From: Macrostomum lignano
Lineage: Eukaryota
Assembly (NCBI GenBank): GCA_002269645.1
Contig: NIVC01001849.1
Location: 124,001-188,000 of the forward strand
Reading direction: 5' to 3'
Length of the DNA: 64,000 bases
This document shows positions 52,030 to 63,508 of the stretch, in pieces. The notes below the pieces were generated by a model that was not told the origin of the DNA, did no database searches, and saw only the letters and a program-made list of their open reading frames with translations. A program made the translations under genes and the position numbers. Each line of letters begins with the position of its first letter. Position 1 is the stretch's first letter.

Positions 52030-52660
52030 GGGAGGCCGCCTCGCCTTACTTGCCCAGCTACCTTACGCGGGCACCGTTGAGACAAAATCAGATCCTTGCC
52101 GATGGGGTATTTAAATTAACTTGACAACAGGTACCATCAGGTGACATCCCCAGGGCCTAGAGCTTTGGTTATTAATCTCTGTGAATTCAATCAGAATGAA
52201 TAGAGACGGCTCACAGACATGAGAGCCCGTGTGCACGAGAATTTGAAGTGCAACTAGATTGCTGAACTACGTAAAAACTGCTTCGCACTCATCTCTAAGA
52301 TTAAAGATCACGGATGCTTTTTCTGCTTCATAATGGCTCACAGAATGCACGATCGGATCCATGGTAGTGACGGCGAGCCTCTAGAAATTCAATCCATCCT
52401 GGGCCGCTACTAAGTTAGAGAACGTACTTGGTCGATCCGAACTACTCGATGGACAGCGAATTCTTGATGTGCTACACCAACACTGAGGACTACATAGCTT
52501 TCAGAGATGAGATCAATTTATTCAGGCCATGTGCGACCTCGAGAAGGCGCATGGAAGAGCGCATATCGGACATGCGGACTCATGTAAATAAGCGCCTCAA
52601 ACCCGGACTGCGGCAGGAGGCAGCAAAGTTTTTGCAGTCTCGCAGACGGCGTTGCAGTCA
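52030..52660 (+). pseudogene. Caspase pseudogene, paralog of 47797-48622
   Basis: YHQVTSPGPRALVINL, HENLKCN*IAEL, DHGCFFCFIMAH, IHGSDGEPLEIQSILGR, DSEFLMCY, FIQAMCD. It has an in-frame stop and the QACRG segment is deleted. Confidence 0.85.
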
Positions 52661-53001
52661 TCAAAGAAATGCTTTCTACATGTAAATCCAACCCCTGGCT
52701 GATCTTGATGGCAGTCTCCAGTGACTCGACTCTATTAAGTTTAAAAGCAGACTTAATTAATAAAAGCAGACTCATGTAATTCAACTCCGAAGCAATGGGT
52801 CAAGAGTTTTAATTCTAATGGTGCTCTTAATTAAAATGTTTAATTTTTAGTTTTTCCTCGGAAAGTTTTTTTTCAGAAAACTACTCGACATTCTTCGTGA
52901 CGGTTGTAGACTTGCTCACTTAGTATGCTACTCGTACGAGTAGTAACTTGCAGTATATTTTCTTTGATACATAATTCTGTAAAACATAGGGGGGACTTGA
53001 A

Positions 53002-53080
<79 letters not shown>
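53002..53080. repeat. (TC)n microsatellite with a TCTGTC leader
   Basis: Directly visible. Confidence 0.97.
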
Positions 53081-53081
<1 letters not shown>

Positions 53082-53477
53082 TTTTCTGCCCTCTTTTATT
53101 CTTAAACATAAATAGAAATTTCAAGCACACAAACATTTACCTGCTGGCCTTGATGGATGTACAGATACTATTTTGTCTACTTCTCTACTTCGCCCAATGC
53201 AGTGAAAACTCAGAGGCCCTCTTTTCATTCTTCTGCCTTTTTTGTAGTTCGCCTGCTTACCCGTCTAGACGTACACGGTGCTATCAGAATCGCGGAATTG
53301 TGCTGTCTTCTGTTTTGTAAGAGCTAAATATAACTCCGGCCCTTTCTATCCAAATATGTACACCCGAAACATCACGGATGAGAAATAACGATGTAGAACG
53401 TTATTTAGTGCCTCCTTCGACTTGGCAGTTAACCCAGCTCTGCAAAAAAACTTGTCGGAAGTTTGATAGCAGCAATC

Positions 53478-55827
53478 ATGAGAATGATCAAATGTGTTAT
53501 TGTTGGCGACTCTACCGCTGGCAAGACCTGCATGATTGAGACCTACGTAAATGGCTCAATGCCAGACACGTTTATTCCAACAATTTACAAAACGTACTCA
53601 GCTCGGCTGCCCATGGAATCGGAGTCTATCGAACTGGCGCTGACAGACACGGGAGGCAGTGAAGGCTACGACACTCTCAGACCAGTCGCCTATCCGCAGA
53701 CAGACGTGTTTATCATCTGCCTTGACTTGACCAAGTCAGCCGAACTTGTGCTTGGCAATGTGCGTACAAAGTGGTACCCGGAGTTGAGCCACCACTGCCC
53801 CTCAGCACGCATTATTTTGGTTGGAACAAAGCTTGACATGCGAACAGGTTTGAAAATAAGCGAGACCAAGGAAGAAGATGCTGAGAAAAACCTTACAGCT
53901 GAGCAAGCCAACGAATTCGTCAAGGAAATCAATGCGGCAAAGTACATGGAATGCTCCTCAATTACTCAGCAAGGATTAAAAGAAGTGTTCGAAGAGGCCG
54001 CTCGCTTAGTTCTTAACTCTTCTGACGCTCGCAATGGCAAAAAGAAGAAAAATGAACACCACGGGTGCGTAAAGATAGTTTCAGCCACTGTTTGAGTTCA
54101 CTTGTAGGTTAAAAATGTTGTACATGTGTATCAAGAATCTTTTATAAAGGGCCAACAGAAGTGAAAGTTATCAGCAAAGAGCTTTGAAAAATAATCAAAG
54201 CTCTTTAGATTCTGGCTTGGGTACTTCTCGAGTTTTTTCACAGATTTAAAATGCACGAGCTATCAAAATGCGTGAGCGAGAACGCTTTCAAAAACAAGAT
54301 CGCCACACACTACTTAACAACTTGCAATAATTTCAGAGATTCCAAGAAAGTCGTTTCGTTCCTTCATTCGCTATCGTCGTCGAGAAGGAACTCTGAAACG
54401 TCTATCAAGTAATTTGCTGGAGCACACTTTATTCCTGAAATATATTCATTAAAATATTTTGCAACAAGATTTCCAATGAACCCTTGCAGGCAAAGTGTTC
54501 TTTCCGATGGTGGAACCAAAGATTCCGAGACCGAAACTTCACCTGATGAGCCGAGCATTAAGTAAATACTCTAGCTCCTCTTCTGGAGTAATTTTTGTTT
54601 TAAAATTCTGTTAGAATTCTTTTTAATTAGCCACTAATACGAGTTTTTTGCACGAGCTTATTTAAAAAAACTTGCAGATCTCCATCATCGATTAAAGCCT
54701 TTTTCCGCGGTTTACGCCCTGGGAAAACATACTCGTACAATATCGCATCGTACGACTGTTTCTTAAATTTGAAATTATTCAGAATAATAGCATTCCTTGC
54801 CAAAACCAGAGCAGTGGAAAATGTATCCCATATGCTCATATTTTTTAGACAACAGAAGTCGCACGATAAGAAAACCAAAGCTTCGAGTGAAACTTGCGAG
54901 CCAGCGGACACTTCATCCGCTGAAGTTTTGGATCAGCCCCAACAGCCTGCTTCGAGGTAAGCTTTTTCTAACTGGAACTCAAGCTATGAAGGATTGCAGA
55001 CACAGTTATCTGTCTACGGGAATGCGTAATCTTCCCTCTTAACAATGTCTTGCAGTACACAAGAAGCCGTGAGTCCCGAGCTCAGCGAAGACGAGCAGCC
55101 GACATCCGAAACAGAAAGTGACGACGAAAGCTCGGACACGGAGTCCGCCAGTGCTCAGCGAGAGCCAGTCTCGGAAAACCTCAGAGAGCCTAGTTCTCGA
55201 GTTGATTATCCGGAAACTATTGTCGTGTTTCGAACCGCCGAATCAAAGACGAAGAGTGACACAATAACATTAAAAGTCGTCATAGTTGGAGATGAAGCGG
55301 TTGGCAAGACCAGTCTGCTGACCGCATTCGCAGAGGACCAGTGTCCTCAGGAGTATGTTCCCACAGAGACCGACGACTGCTTTGCCGTGGAGGGTTCACT
55401 GGCTGGAAGCCAACTGTGTCTCCGCTTGTGGGACGTGAGCTGTGCGGAGTCCTTTGACCGCTTAAGGCCTCTGCGGTATCGCCAATCAGATGTGTTTATC
55501 ATCTGCTTCTCCCTCATCAATTCTGCTAGTTTCGAGAATGTACGGGCCAAGTGGTACCCGGAAGTGAGCCGTCATTGTCCTGAAAAGCCATTTATCCTGG
55601 TCGGAACGAATTCCGATCTGCGCGATGACCCAGAGACCATCGACAAGCTGGAGGAAAGGAATCTCGTTCCAATCAGCGTGACTCAGGGCGAGCAGTTGGC
55701 TAAAGAGATCGGTGCTGAAGTGTATCTAGAGTGCTCCGCTCTGTGTAGAACAGCTGTGGAAGACATCTTTAGACAGGCGGTATTGGCTTCCGTGAGAAAA
55801 ACAGAAAGCAAAAATCATCACGGGTAG
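53478..55827 (+). CDS. Predicted tandem atypical-Rho gene (gene Y), 555 aa if it stops at 55827. Exons: 53478-54064, 54337-54408, 54490-54561, 54678-54734, 54849-54956, 55056-55827
   Basis: Domain 1: GDSTAGKT / DTGGSE. Domain 2: GDEAVGKT / YVPTETDDC / DVSCAE. Five GT-AG introns, all phase 2, keep an open frame. A further phase-2 donor at 55824 may extend the gene. Confidence 0.6.
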
Positions 55828-57517
55828 ATCGATCGAAATTGAATACAAGAAACCAACGCACTCATGACAATATGGGCTAAATCTGTATTCAATACAAATC
55901 GTGCATGACAACCTCTATTAGCAGTACCATTTTAAACGCATATTCGGCTCCATATTAAAATGATCCTGAATTCACAGTACCTGCTGTTTTTCGTTCGTAC
56001 TCTCGTAGCTTTCGATTTCCAGACTCATAAGAACTTTAACATAACTTGTAAGCCAATATCATCAGTTGCTTTGGTCCGTCTTTGATGACATTACACCATA
56101 TGTGCAGACGCTTACGCAGGACCCGTAACTTGATAGATACGAGCGTAGATTAATGGATTAGGTCGTAGTAACTGCGCACTGTAATTGCACATGTGTTGTT
56201 GAGCAGCTCCCGTTCTTAGATTACCGTTGATTCTTAACGTACTCATTTTTTCACATTCACATAGTTCCCTTGATATTCAGTTGTAAATAGGCTTGCTATT
56301 TTTCTGCCATATTTTCACCTTAAAACTATCAGTAGCACACAGATTCTTTGCTTCTTTTGTTATCATGCAGTGTGTTGAGGTCTCATCAAATTCAAATGCA
56401 GCGCCCCATTTTTAGATTTATCCATATTTTCTGCGCCTTCCTACTTTAAGTGACTTTTTGAGCAAAATATCTCCTTTAAGCAGAAATTAAAGGAGACTAA
56501 ATAAAATATTTTTTGTTACCCGCTACTCTCTGATAGCTGCCGCACGTGTTTCTTTAGACCTAAAGAAATGAGCTTTATTGAAAACCAGGCCTGAATTTTA
56601 GTGAAGATTACATGGCATACGAGGGTACTAAGCATACGACGTATGTCACTGTATGTTAAATTTAATGTCGAATGCATGTAAAAGTCGACAAGTAAAGCAA
56701 GTCTGCATCTTCAATAAAGCGTCTCACAAACGACAGTCAATCATGCTTTGCAGTCGGGGTCGCCATCCATTAATTGTCAGATTAAAAATGGCACCGAAAC
56801 GGCGTTTAAAAGTGCGTGAGAAGGTCGCAAAAAGAGGTATCTTATGAAAGACACTCTTTGAGTACAAGGTTGGCGCTTACAGCGTTATCAGAGTGCTTGC
56901 ATGAGAGGCTGGGTGCTGGCGGAATATACGAAGTAGACGGAGTAAGGCAAATACGAGCCATAGCTCTCTGTTGTCTACTCTCTCTACTCTTGGCTCCAAG
57001 GTTGCTTGGTCGTATTGGAGAGGAGAGTTGCACTCAGCAGCATCACCGTCACGTCTTCAGCGTAAGCCAGGCTCGAGCTTCTACTCTGCAATATGCAAAC
57101 AGATTTTTTTCGAAACCCTTTTTCAAAGAATTTTTTTTTGTTTATTCGCTCCAGCTCAAAATGTGCTACAAAATGTGGTGCTTGAGTCAGATTCAATGGA
57201 GCTGGCCTGAAGAACAATGCGTTTCTGATATCAATGATATTGTGCTCAAATGAATACCCCTCTTCCCTCCCCCTCCCCAGCATTAGGGCCAGTGTTTTAT
57301 GCTTGCAATAAAGACAGTTTAAACTGAAAGATGGACGCTTCATGAACAATAACGAACGTTAGTTTCCGAGGGCATTTTATCCACTAGACTGCAGAGCAAA
57401 GAATTACCATCTTAAATTGAATGCAATCTTGAAAATGAGACGGGACTTTGCCCAGTTGTTTTTTAGGTATACAGCGTTGATAGACAGCCTGGCGCTAGCA
57501 GCTGACAGAGCAGCAGC

Positions 57518-60500
57518 ATGAGTTCAAACAAGATCAATTGCCTCGCCATCGGCGACGAAGCGGTTGGCAAGTCCTGCCTGATTGACTGCCAATTAGGCAT
57601 AGAATTCCAGCGCATGCACATCCCCACTGACTGCTTTAAGAAACACAGCATGGAGAGCACTTTAGAGGGACACACATTTCAGATCACACTGTGGGACTCG
57701 CCCAGTAAGGACGAATGCTTTGTCGACATGCCGAGTTACCCAAAGGCGAATGTTGTGCTTCTCTGCTTTGCCATCGATTGCCGAGCGAGCTATGAAAACG
57801 TGAGAAGAAAATGGTTTAAAAGGTGCAGAAAGCTCTTCCACAAGGCGTCCTTTATTCTGGTTGGAACCAAGCGGGACCTGCGAGACAGTTCGACATCGAT
57901 TAGTCAGTTCGAAGGCCGTGATCTGCGAAAAATTATCAACGCTGAGACTTACAAAGAGTGCTCCGCTCTGAATCCTGAGAGTGTCCGGGAAGTTTTTGAA
58001 GAGATTATTTTCACGAAGTACAATCAGACTTTGTCAAAAACAAACAAAAGGTACGTGTTCATTTTACTTTTTATTACTTTTCGTCTGATATGCCTTACGC
58101 TGAATATTTTACTACGCTCTCCTAATATTCGTTTCCTTTAAACTTTATTGCAGCAGGGCACTAAGTATTCTCCCGTCAAAAGCCATCTTTTGGAGAAGAA
58201 CTAAGAGTTCGAACGAGTACAGGTATCTTTTATATTAGAATGGCTACGTGTACGAGATGTTCTTGGTCTCGAATCATTTGATTGCGTCTTTGATTCAGAG
58301 AGTATCGACCATATCTTATCTGATACTGCGTGACAATATTCTCTGTGCAGATTTCACAATTTGCCATTGTAGCATCCTTTAGTCATTGGTGTCTCAAGTT
58401 CATCAGTAAATTGCACTGATGACCTTCACGAAAATGATAGGAAGAGCAACGCAAAAGCGCGAACAGTCAATACTCTCTTTATCTGTCGCAAACAAAACAG
58501 TAAATTAAAATCATTTTCTTAGAAAAAATTAACCGTGAAAAAATAATCATATTTCCTCAATAGTGCCCAAAAAAACTGATGAATGTGAGTATCTACAACC
58601 CGATCCGATTCGAGCGGCGACACGTGATCAAGGAATCGAACCGTAAGCTTAAAATTTTTTGGTGTTCAATCTCGACAACTTGTTTAAGTTTGCTCAGTAT
58701 ACTACTAGCATACTACATGTACTCAAAAGCTCCAGTTGGGTGCGCTGACAAAACAATGCTGTTCTGCTCTGCTTAAAAAAATCTGAAAAAAATTTAAGCT
58801 CCCGTTTACTTTCCATCACTCATATGAGAGGCGCCGCAACTGCGGTATTTATTTACAGACTTATACCTATCAATAGCCAGTAGTAGTTTTCCATTGATTA
58901 AAAGAGTTTAAAAGCAAATTTACCAAAGTGGAGTTCAAAAAAGGCGGAACAGAGTCACCGGAAAACGCGTCTGACTCTCGCGATGCGACCTCCCTCTGGT
59001 ACCTCATTTGATTAAATGAACACCCACATCAACTTGGCGCTTGCACTCGTAAATTCTCGTCGTGCTTTTCACACCCTTGTGGGCAACCCCCCCCCCACCC
59101 TATAGCACAGAGAGTGCACATGCCTGACAATTAGAAAGTCAAATTGCGGGCAACCCCCCCCCCTATAGCACAGAGAGTACACATGCCTGGCAATTAGAAA
59201 GTCAAATTGCGGGCAACCCCCCCCCCTCCAAGGCACGGAGAGTTGCACATGCCTGGCAATTAGAAAGTCAAATTGCGGGCAACCCCCCCTCCAAGGCACG
59301 GAGAGTTGCACATGCTTGGCAATTAGAAAGTCAAATTGCGGGCAACCCCCCCCCCTCCAAGGCACGGAGAGTTGCACATGCCTGGCAATTAGAAAGTCAA
59401 AGGGCCGCTTTACAAATTTGCGTACAGAATGAGTTCAGGAGTCAGCGGAATCAGAATTGCCTCAGCGCCGGGTTGTGGGACGATTTCGCACATCACATTC
59501 CCACGTCACACAAAGCGATGCGTCAGGGTGCCCACAGCCCTCCTGCAAATATGAGCGTTCTTCGTTATTTCTAAAAAAAGTCGGTCTTCCCTAGTTGAGG
59601 ATCCCCCATCAGTTACGGTGCTTGAAAAATGTCGAAATAGGGTGCCTACGTAGTCTCGCACCCAATGCCTGCTGAATGTCCGGAAGTTTCGCCTAGAAGA
59701 AGGCCGTTAAAGTCAGAGACAATAACGAAATTTGAAGGCTTGGCAAGGCCGCACTGAGTTGCAGCGCTTGCTCGTAATTTCTGCCTAGGGGGTGCACTGA
59801 ATGCATTCTGAGGGAAAAAATCCGGACCTTCTGGCAAAATCATTGAATATCTTTGAATATCATTGTTGAATATCATTATTATTGAATGTCATTGAAATCT
59901 CGGACGATTTCGAAGGCTAGTGACATGAATCTTCTTTGACCATGTGCGAGAAAAATCTAGCCATCCTTGTGAATTTTCACTGTAGCAAAAATGTCTGGCT
60001 GGATCCTTAACAGAAATTGTTTTTTACTCTTCCTGTTATTAAACATAAAATTCGTTTTCTTCAAATGAAATATTTCTAGAGATTTTGATTATCCTTTGGC
60101 CGGAGCAACTGGAGGCGCCGATCCAGACATCTATACGTGTCCGTCTATAGATTTATACAACCGGCATGGCTACATGAAGGCGGATGTTCAGGCAACAAAT
60201 CCGTGAGAAAAAGAAATTTTATTTTACGAGCTACATTTGACTACTCGCAATAAAACATAATAGGGGCGCTTCACAAGAAATTTCACAACTTTGAAAACCC
60301 GTGCTAGTCACTCCCGCAATCCAAAATTTAAAATAACTTCGCGATATGAAAATTTGAGCTTGTGAAGTTTCACTCTTCAAAAAAGTAACAGATAAGACTT
60401 TTCCAGGATGTGAAATTTCAAACTGGCGAATGCGACCCCGAAATTCTTAAAATGTACAAATACGAGCTAGCTTGACTAATTACATGACTTACGTAGAGGC

Positions 60501-63500
60501 AGAATGGGCATACCTCACTGAGGATTTTTTCCTGGAGGCAGCGATGTCTGGCAACACAGTAACGTCCCGAGGGCCATATGTCCTTGCGGTTGAGTTGGAC
60601 AGGGCCTGCGGAGGGTGGGGGAATGACAGGAGATAGGCACGCGGGATTTCCGGCAGTTGGGGTGTTAGCCCACCTCTCCCTGTGCTGCCACCCACTGATT
60701 GATCCGGGTGGTGACAACGTACAAATAGCTACTTGAAAGCCTAATTTAGGTCAAATCTTTCTCTTCAGCAAACAGGAAACTCTTCAGCTTAGATTTCTGC
60801 ACTTTTGAGTATCACTTGAAGCCAAAGTGTATCTTGAATAAATCGATCAGCTATCGATATCTTGAAATAATTTCTGATATACAAGAGAAAATATTCAATC
60901 TATACTACTTATAGTACACTTTTAATATTTTTTGTTTCGCATCTGGGGTCTTTACTCAAACCATCAAGCCGACGTGATAAAAGCACTAAAACGGTTATTT
61001 GCAGGACTAATGCGGGCTGCTACAACAGGGAGGCTACAAATGAAGAATATGTGTACGACTATATTGATGATGAGCTATCGGAATCTAACAAACAAGACAC
61101 AATTCAACAAAGTCCGTTCAAGACTGACGACCTTGGTCAGAGGTAGGCATGCAAGATTCTCTTAGTGTGTCTTTCTGGATATATTTGCAATGCTCTTCCT
61201 TGAAATTCCCTCCACAGAGCACCTTAGATAGTTAATACGAGCGTATGTAGTGCACAAGTTTAATAAACAGTTTAGTCACAATTTCAACTGTCACAGTTTA
61301 GATTTGCAAACCAAAAACTGGCCCGCGAAACAATAAGGACTGTGAGACCAAAGATCCCTTACGAGACCGGAGAGGAGAATGAGTAAAGAGTGGAGAGGGG
61401 AGATGAGAGATGGAAGTAAAGAAAGGAGAGGATGGGAGAGAGGATAGAGGGGAGAGGGGAGATGAGAAAGGAGAAGAGAAAATGAAAAGAGAGCTGAGAA
61501 GAGACAAACCTTGAGCGGATGGGATTGCGATTGTGAAGTTTCAAAGGACTGGAGGGGCGGAAAGAGAGGCTTTGAGGGCCGGAGTTTGACAACCTCTGGG
61601 ATAAGACCAAGCTTTGACAATTGGCTTATTTTTGTTGCAATTTCTCTGTACGAGCTAAGCTATTAGTCCAACGACCTTATGTAGATTATTGCTAATTTAT
61701 TGTGAATTCTGAATTATAAAGCCTATTATTGAGCCTTCATCGAAGAATATTCAACCTAGTTGTAGGGCTTTACACGATTAATCAACTTCAGTTAACTGAT
61801 AATTGAACGCAACAATATAACTTAAACATTTCTACACCTTTGAAGGCCTCTACCACAAGCCCAGGAAATACCTCTGCCACCACCACAGCTTCTGCCTCCA
61901 GTACCTGACAGGTACATATTTTTTGCATGAAACTTCTAAATCAATGATAAAAGCGTTATGATTTTATCCTAGTTTTCAACTAAAAATCAACAAACATCGA
62001 ATCGTTTTAGAGCGTTAAAAAAGAGACAGGTTCAAATGAAAGCAGAGCAAGAGGAACGGAACAAAAACATAGCTGCCGTTGTCCCTGCGTTGAAACTAAA
62101 AATCAATGTCGTTGGTGACGAGAAGGTCGGCAAAACCTGTCTGCTCGTGGCCTATGCTGAAGGACTCTGCCCAGTTGAGTATGTTCCTACTGAGACCGAC
62201 GACTGCTTATCAAAAGAGGTTCAGGTAGATGGATATACGATTCGCGTTGGCCTGTGGGATAACAGTGGCTCGAGAGACTATGACCGAATGCGGCCGGGAA
62301 ACTATGAAGGGACAGACGTCGTCCTCATCTGCTTCTCCATTGCCAGTCCCGCTACCTTTGACAGCGTGCGCACCCGATGGCTTCCAGAGATAGCTCTTCA
62401 CTGCTCGAACACTCCAATAATTTTGGTTGGGACCAAGATGGATGCGCTCGACGATAGAGTTGAAATGGAGAAACTGCACAGAAAGCGGCTTGCTCCCATC
62501 AGCAGCTTGCAGGCGACAGCTCTGGCCAAAGATATTGGCGCTGAATTGTACATTGAGTGCTCGGCTCTGAGAAGATCGGGGCTAGATAGCCTTTTCAAGG
62601 CGGCCGTAAGAGCGGCTTTCGAAAAACAAAAGTAAGATTTTTTAAGCATCTATCTCAAAAAAACTTTGCAACAGCAACAGCTGAAACTATCGTTTTGTTG
62701 TTCCTACGCTCGTATTATGGTAAAGTTTCAACGATGATGGGGGTTCTTTTGTCCACCATTAGATTTTGCGTCTTGTTTTTACAGAAAAATTCTGGAAGTC
62801 GGCTCAATACAAGAAAAGGAAAGCAGCAAAACTGAAGCCTCAGAGCCTCACGATCAGCTGGATGAGCCTCACCGTGATTTCGACGAGTGTAACGAATTTG
62901 CCTCGTAAGTTAACTTGAAATATCCTATTAAAAAGTATACATGCAATAGATGATCACCGAATCTCACATTTAAACAGTGCTCAAAGTTTCGACTCCAACG
63001 ACCATAGAGACGTGGAATATGACGTTTGTTCTGGCCAATCTGAGGGTTTATTTAAGCCCCATAAAGCACAGCCGCCGGTTGTGCCTCCGCATCCGATTCC
63101 AAAGCCGCGAGGTATTCGTCGATTAAACTCCAGTACTGAGGCACAGTCAGGAGTCATCGAACAAACAGAAGTTTATCCTTCACAGGAACCTACTGGACCC
63201 GCTGAACAAACTGAAGTTTATCCTTCACAGGAACCTACTGGACCCGCTGAACAAGCTGAAGTTTATCCTTCACAGGAACCTACTGGACCCGCTGAACAAA
63301 CTGAAGTTTATCCTTCACAGGAACCTACTGGACCCGCTGAACAAACTGAAGTTTATCCTTCACAGGAACCTACTGGACCCGCTGAACAAACTGAAGTTTA
63401 TCCTTCACAGGAACCTACTGGACCCGCTGAACAAACTGAAGTTTATCCTTCACAGGAACCTAGAGTTTCGTTCCAAGCTGCGACACAAAAGTTAAACGAT

Positions 63501-63508
63501 CTGAACAG
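57518..63508 (+). CDS. Predicted tandem atypical-Rho gene (gene X), 3'-incomplete. Exons: 57518-58050, 58154-58222, 61005-61142, 61846-61911, 62011-62631, 62785-62904, 62978-63508
   Basis: Domain 1: GDEAVGKS / DSPSKD. Domain 2: GDEKVGKT / YVPTETDDC / DNSGSR. Acidic Tyr-rich, Pro-rich and repeat exons are all flanked by phase-2 GT/AG sites. The last donor is AG|GTGAGC at 63509. Confidence 0.6.
59080..59402. repeat. About 62-bp tandem repeat, 5 copies
   Basis: Unit GCACATGCCTGGCAATTAGAAAGTCAAATTGCGGGCAACCCCCCC(CTCCAAGGCACGGAGAGTT). Confidence 0.92.
61300..61600 (-). mobile_element. hAT-type MITE related to 38952-39300, inverted
   Basis: Reverse complement reads CAGAGGTTGTCAAACTCCGGCCCTCAAAGC..., with the same GGCCCTCAAAGC block and pyrimidine-rich interior. 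Confidence 0.6.
63159..63461 (+). repeat. In-frame 45-bp coding repeat (EQTEVYPSQEPTGPA), about 6.7 copies
   Basis: Period is 45 (CACAGG at 63181 and 63226); it lies inside the open exon 62978-63508. Confidence 0.92.

Noticed and set aside
55824-57517. Direct splicing of gene Y into gene X to make a four-Rho protein
   Set aside because: Phase-2 CAG sites at 57513 and 57516 exist but lack a pyrimidine tract, and 57518 has its own ATG in a typical Rho start context. Left unresolved.
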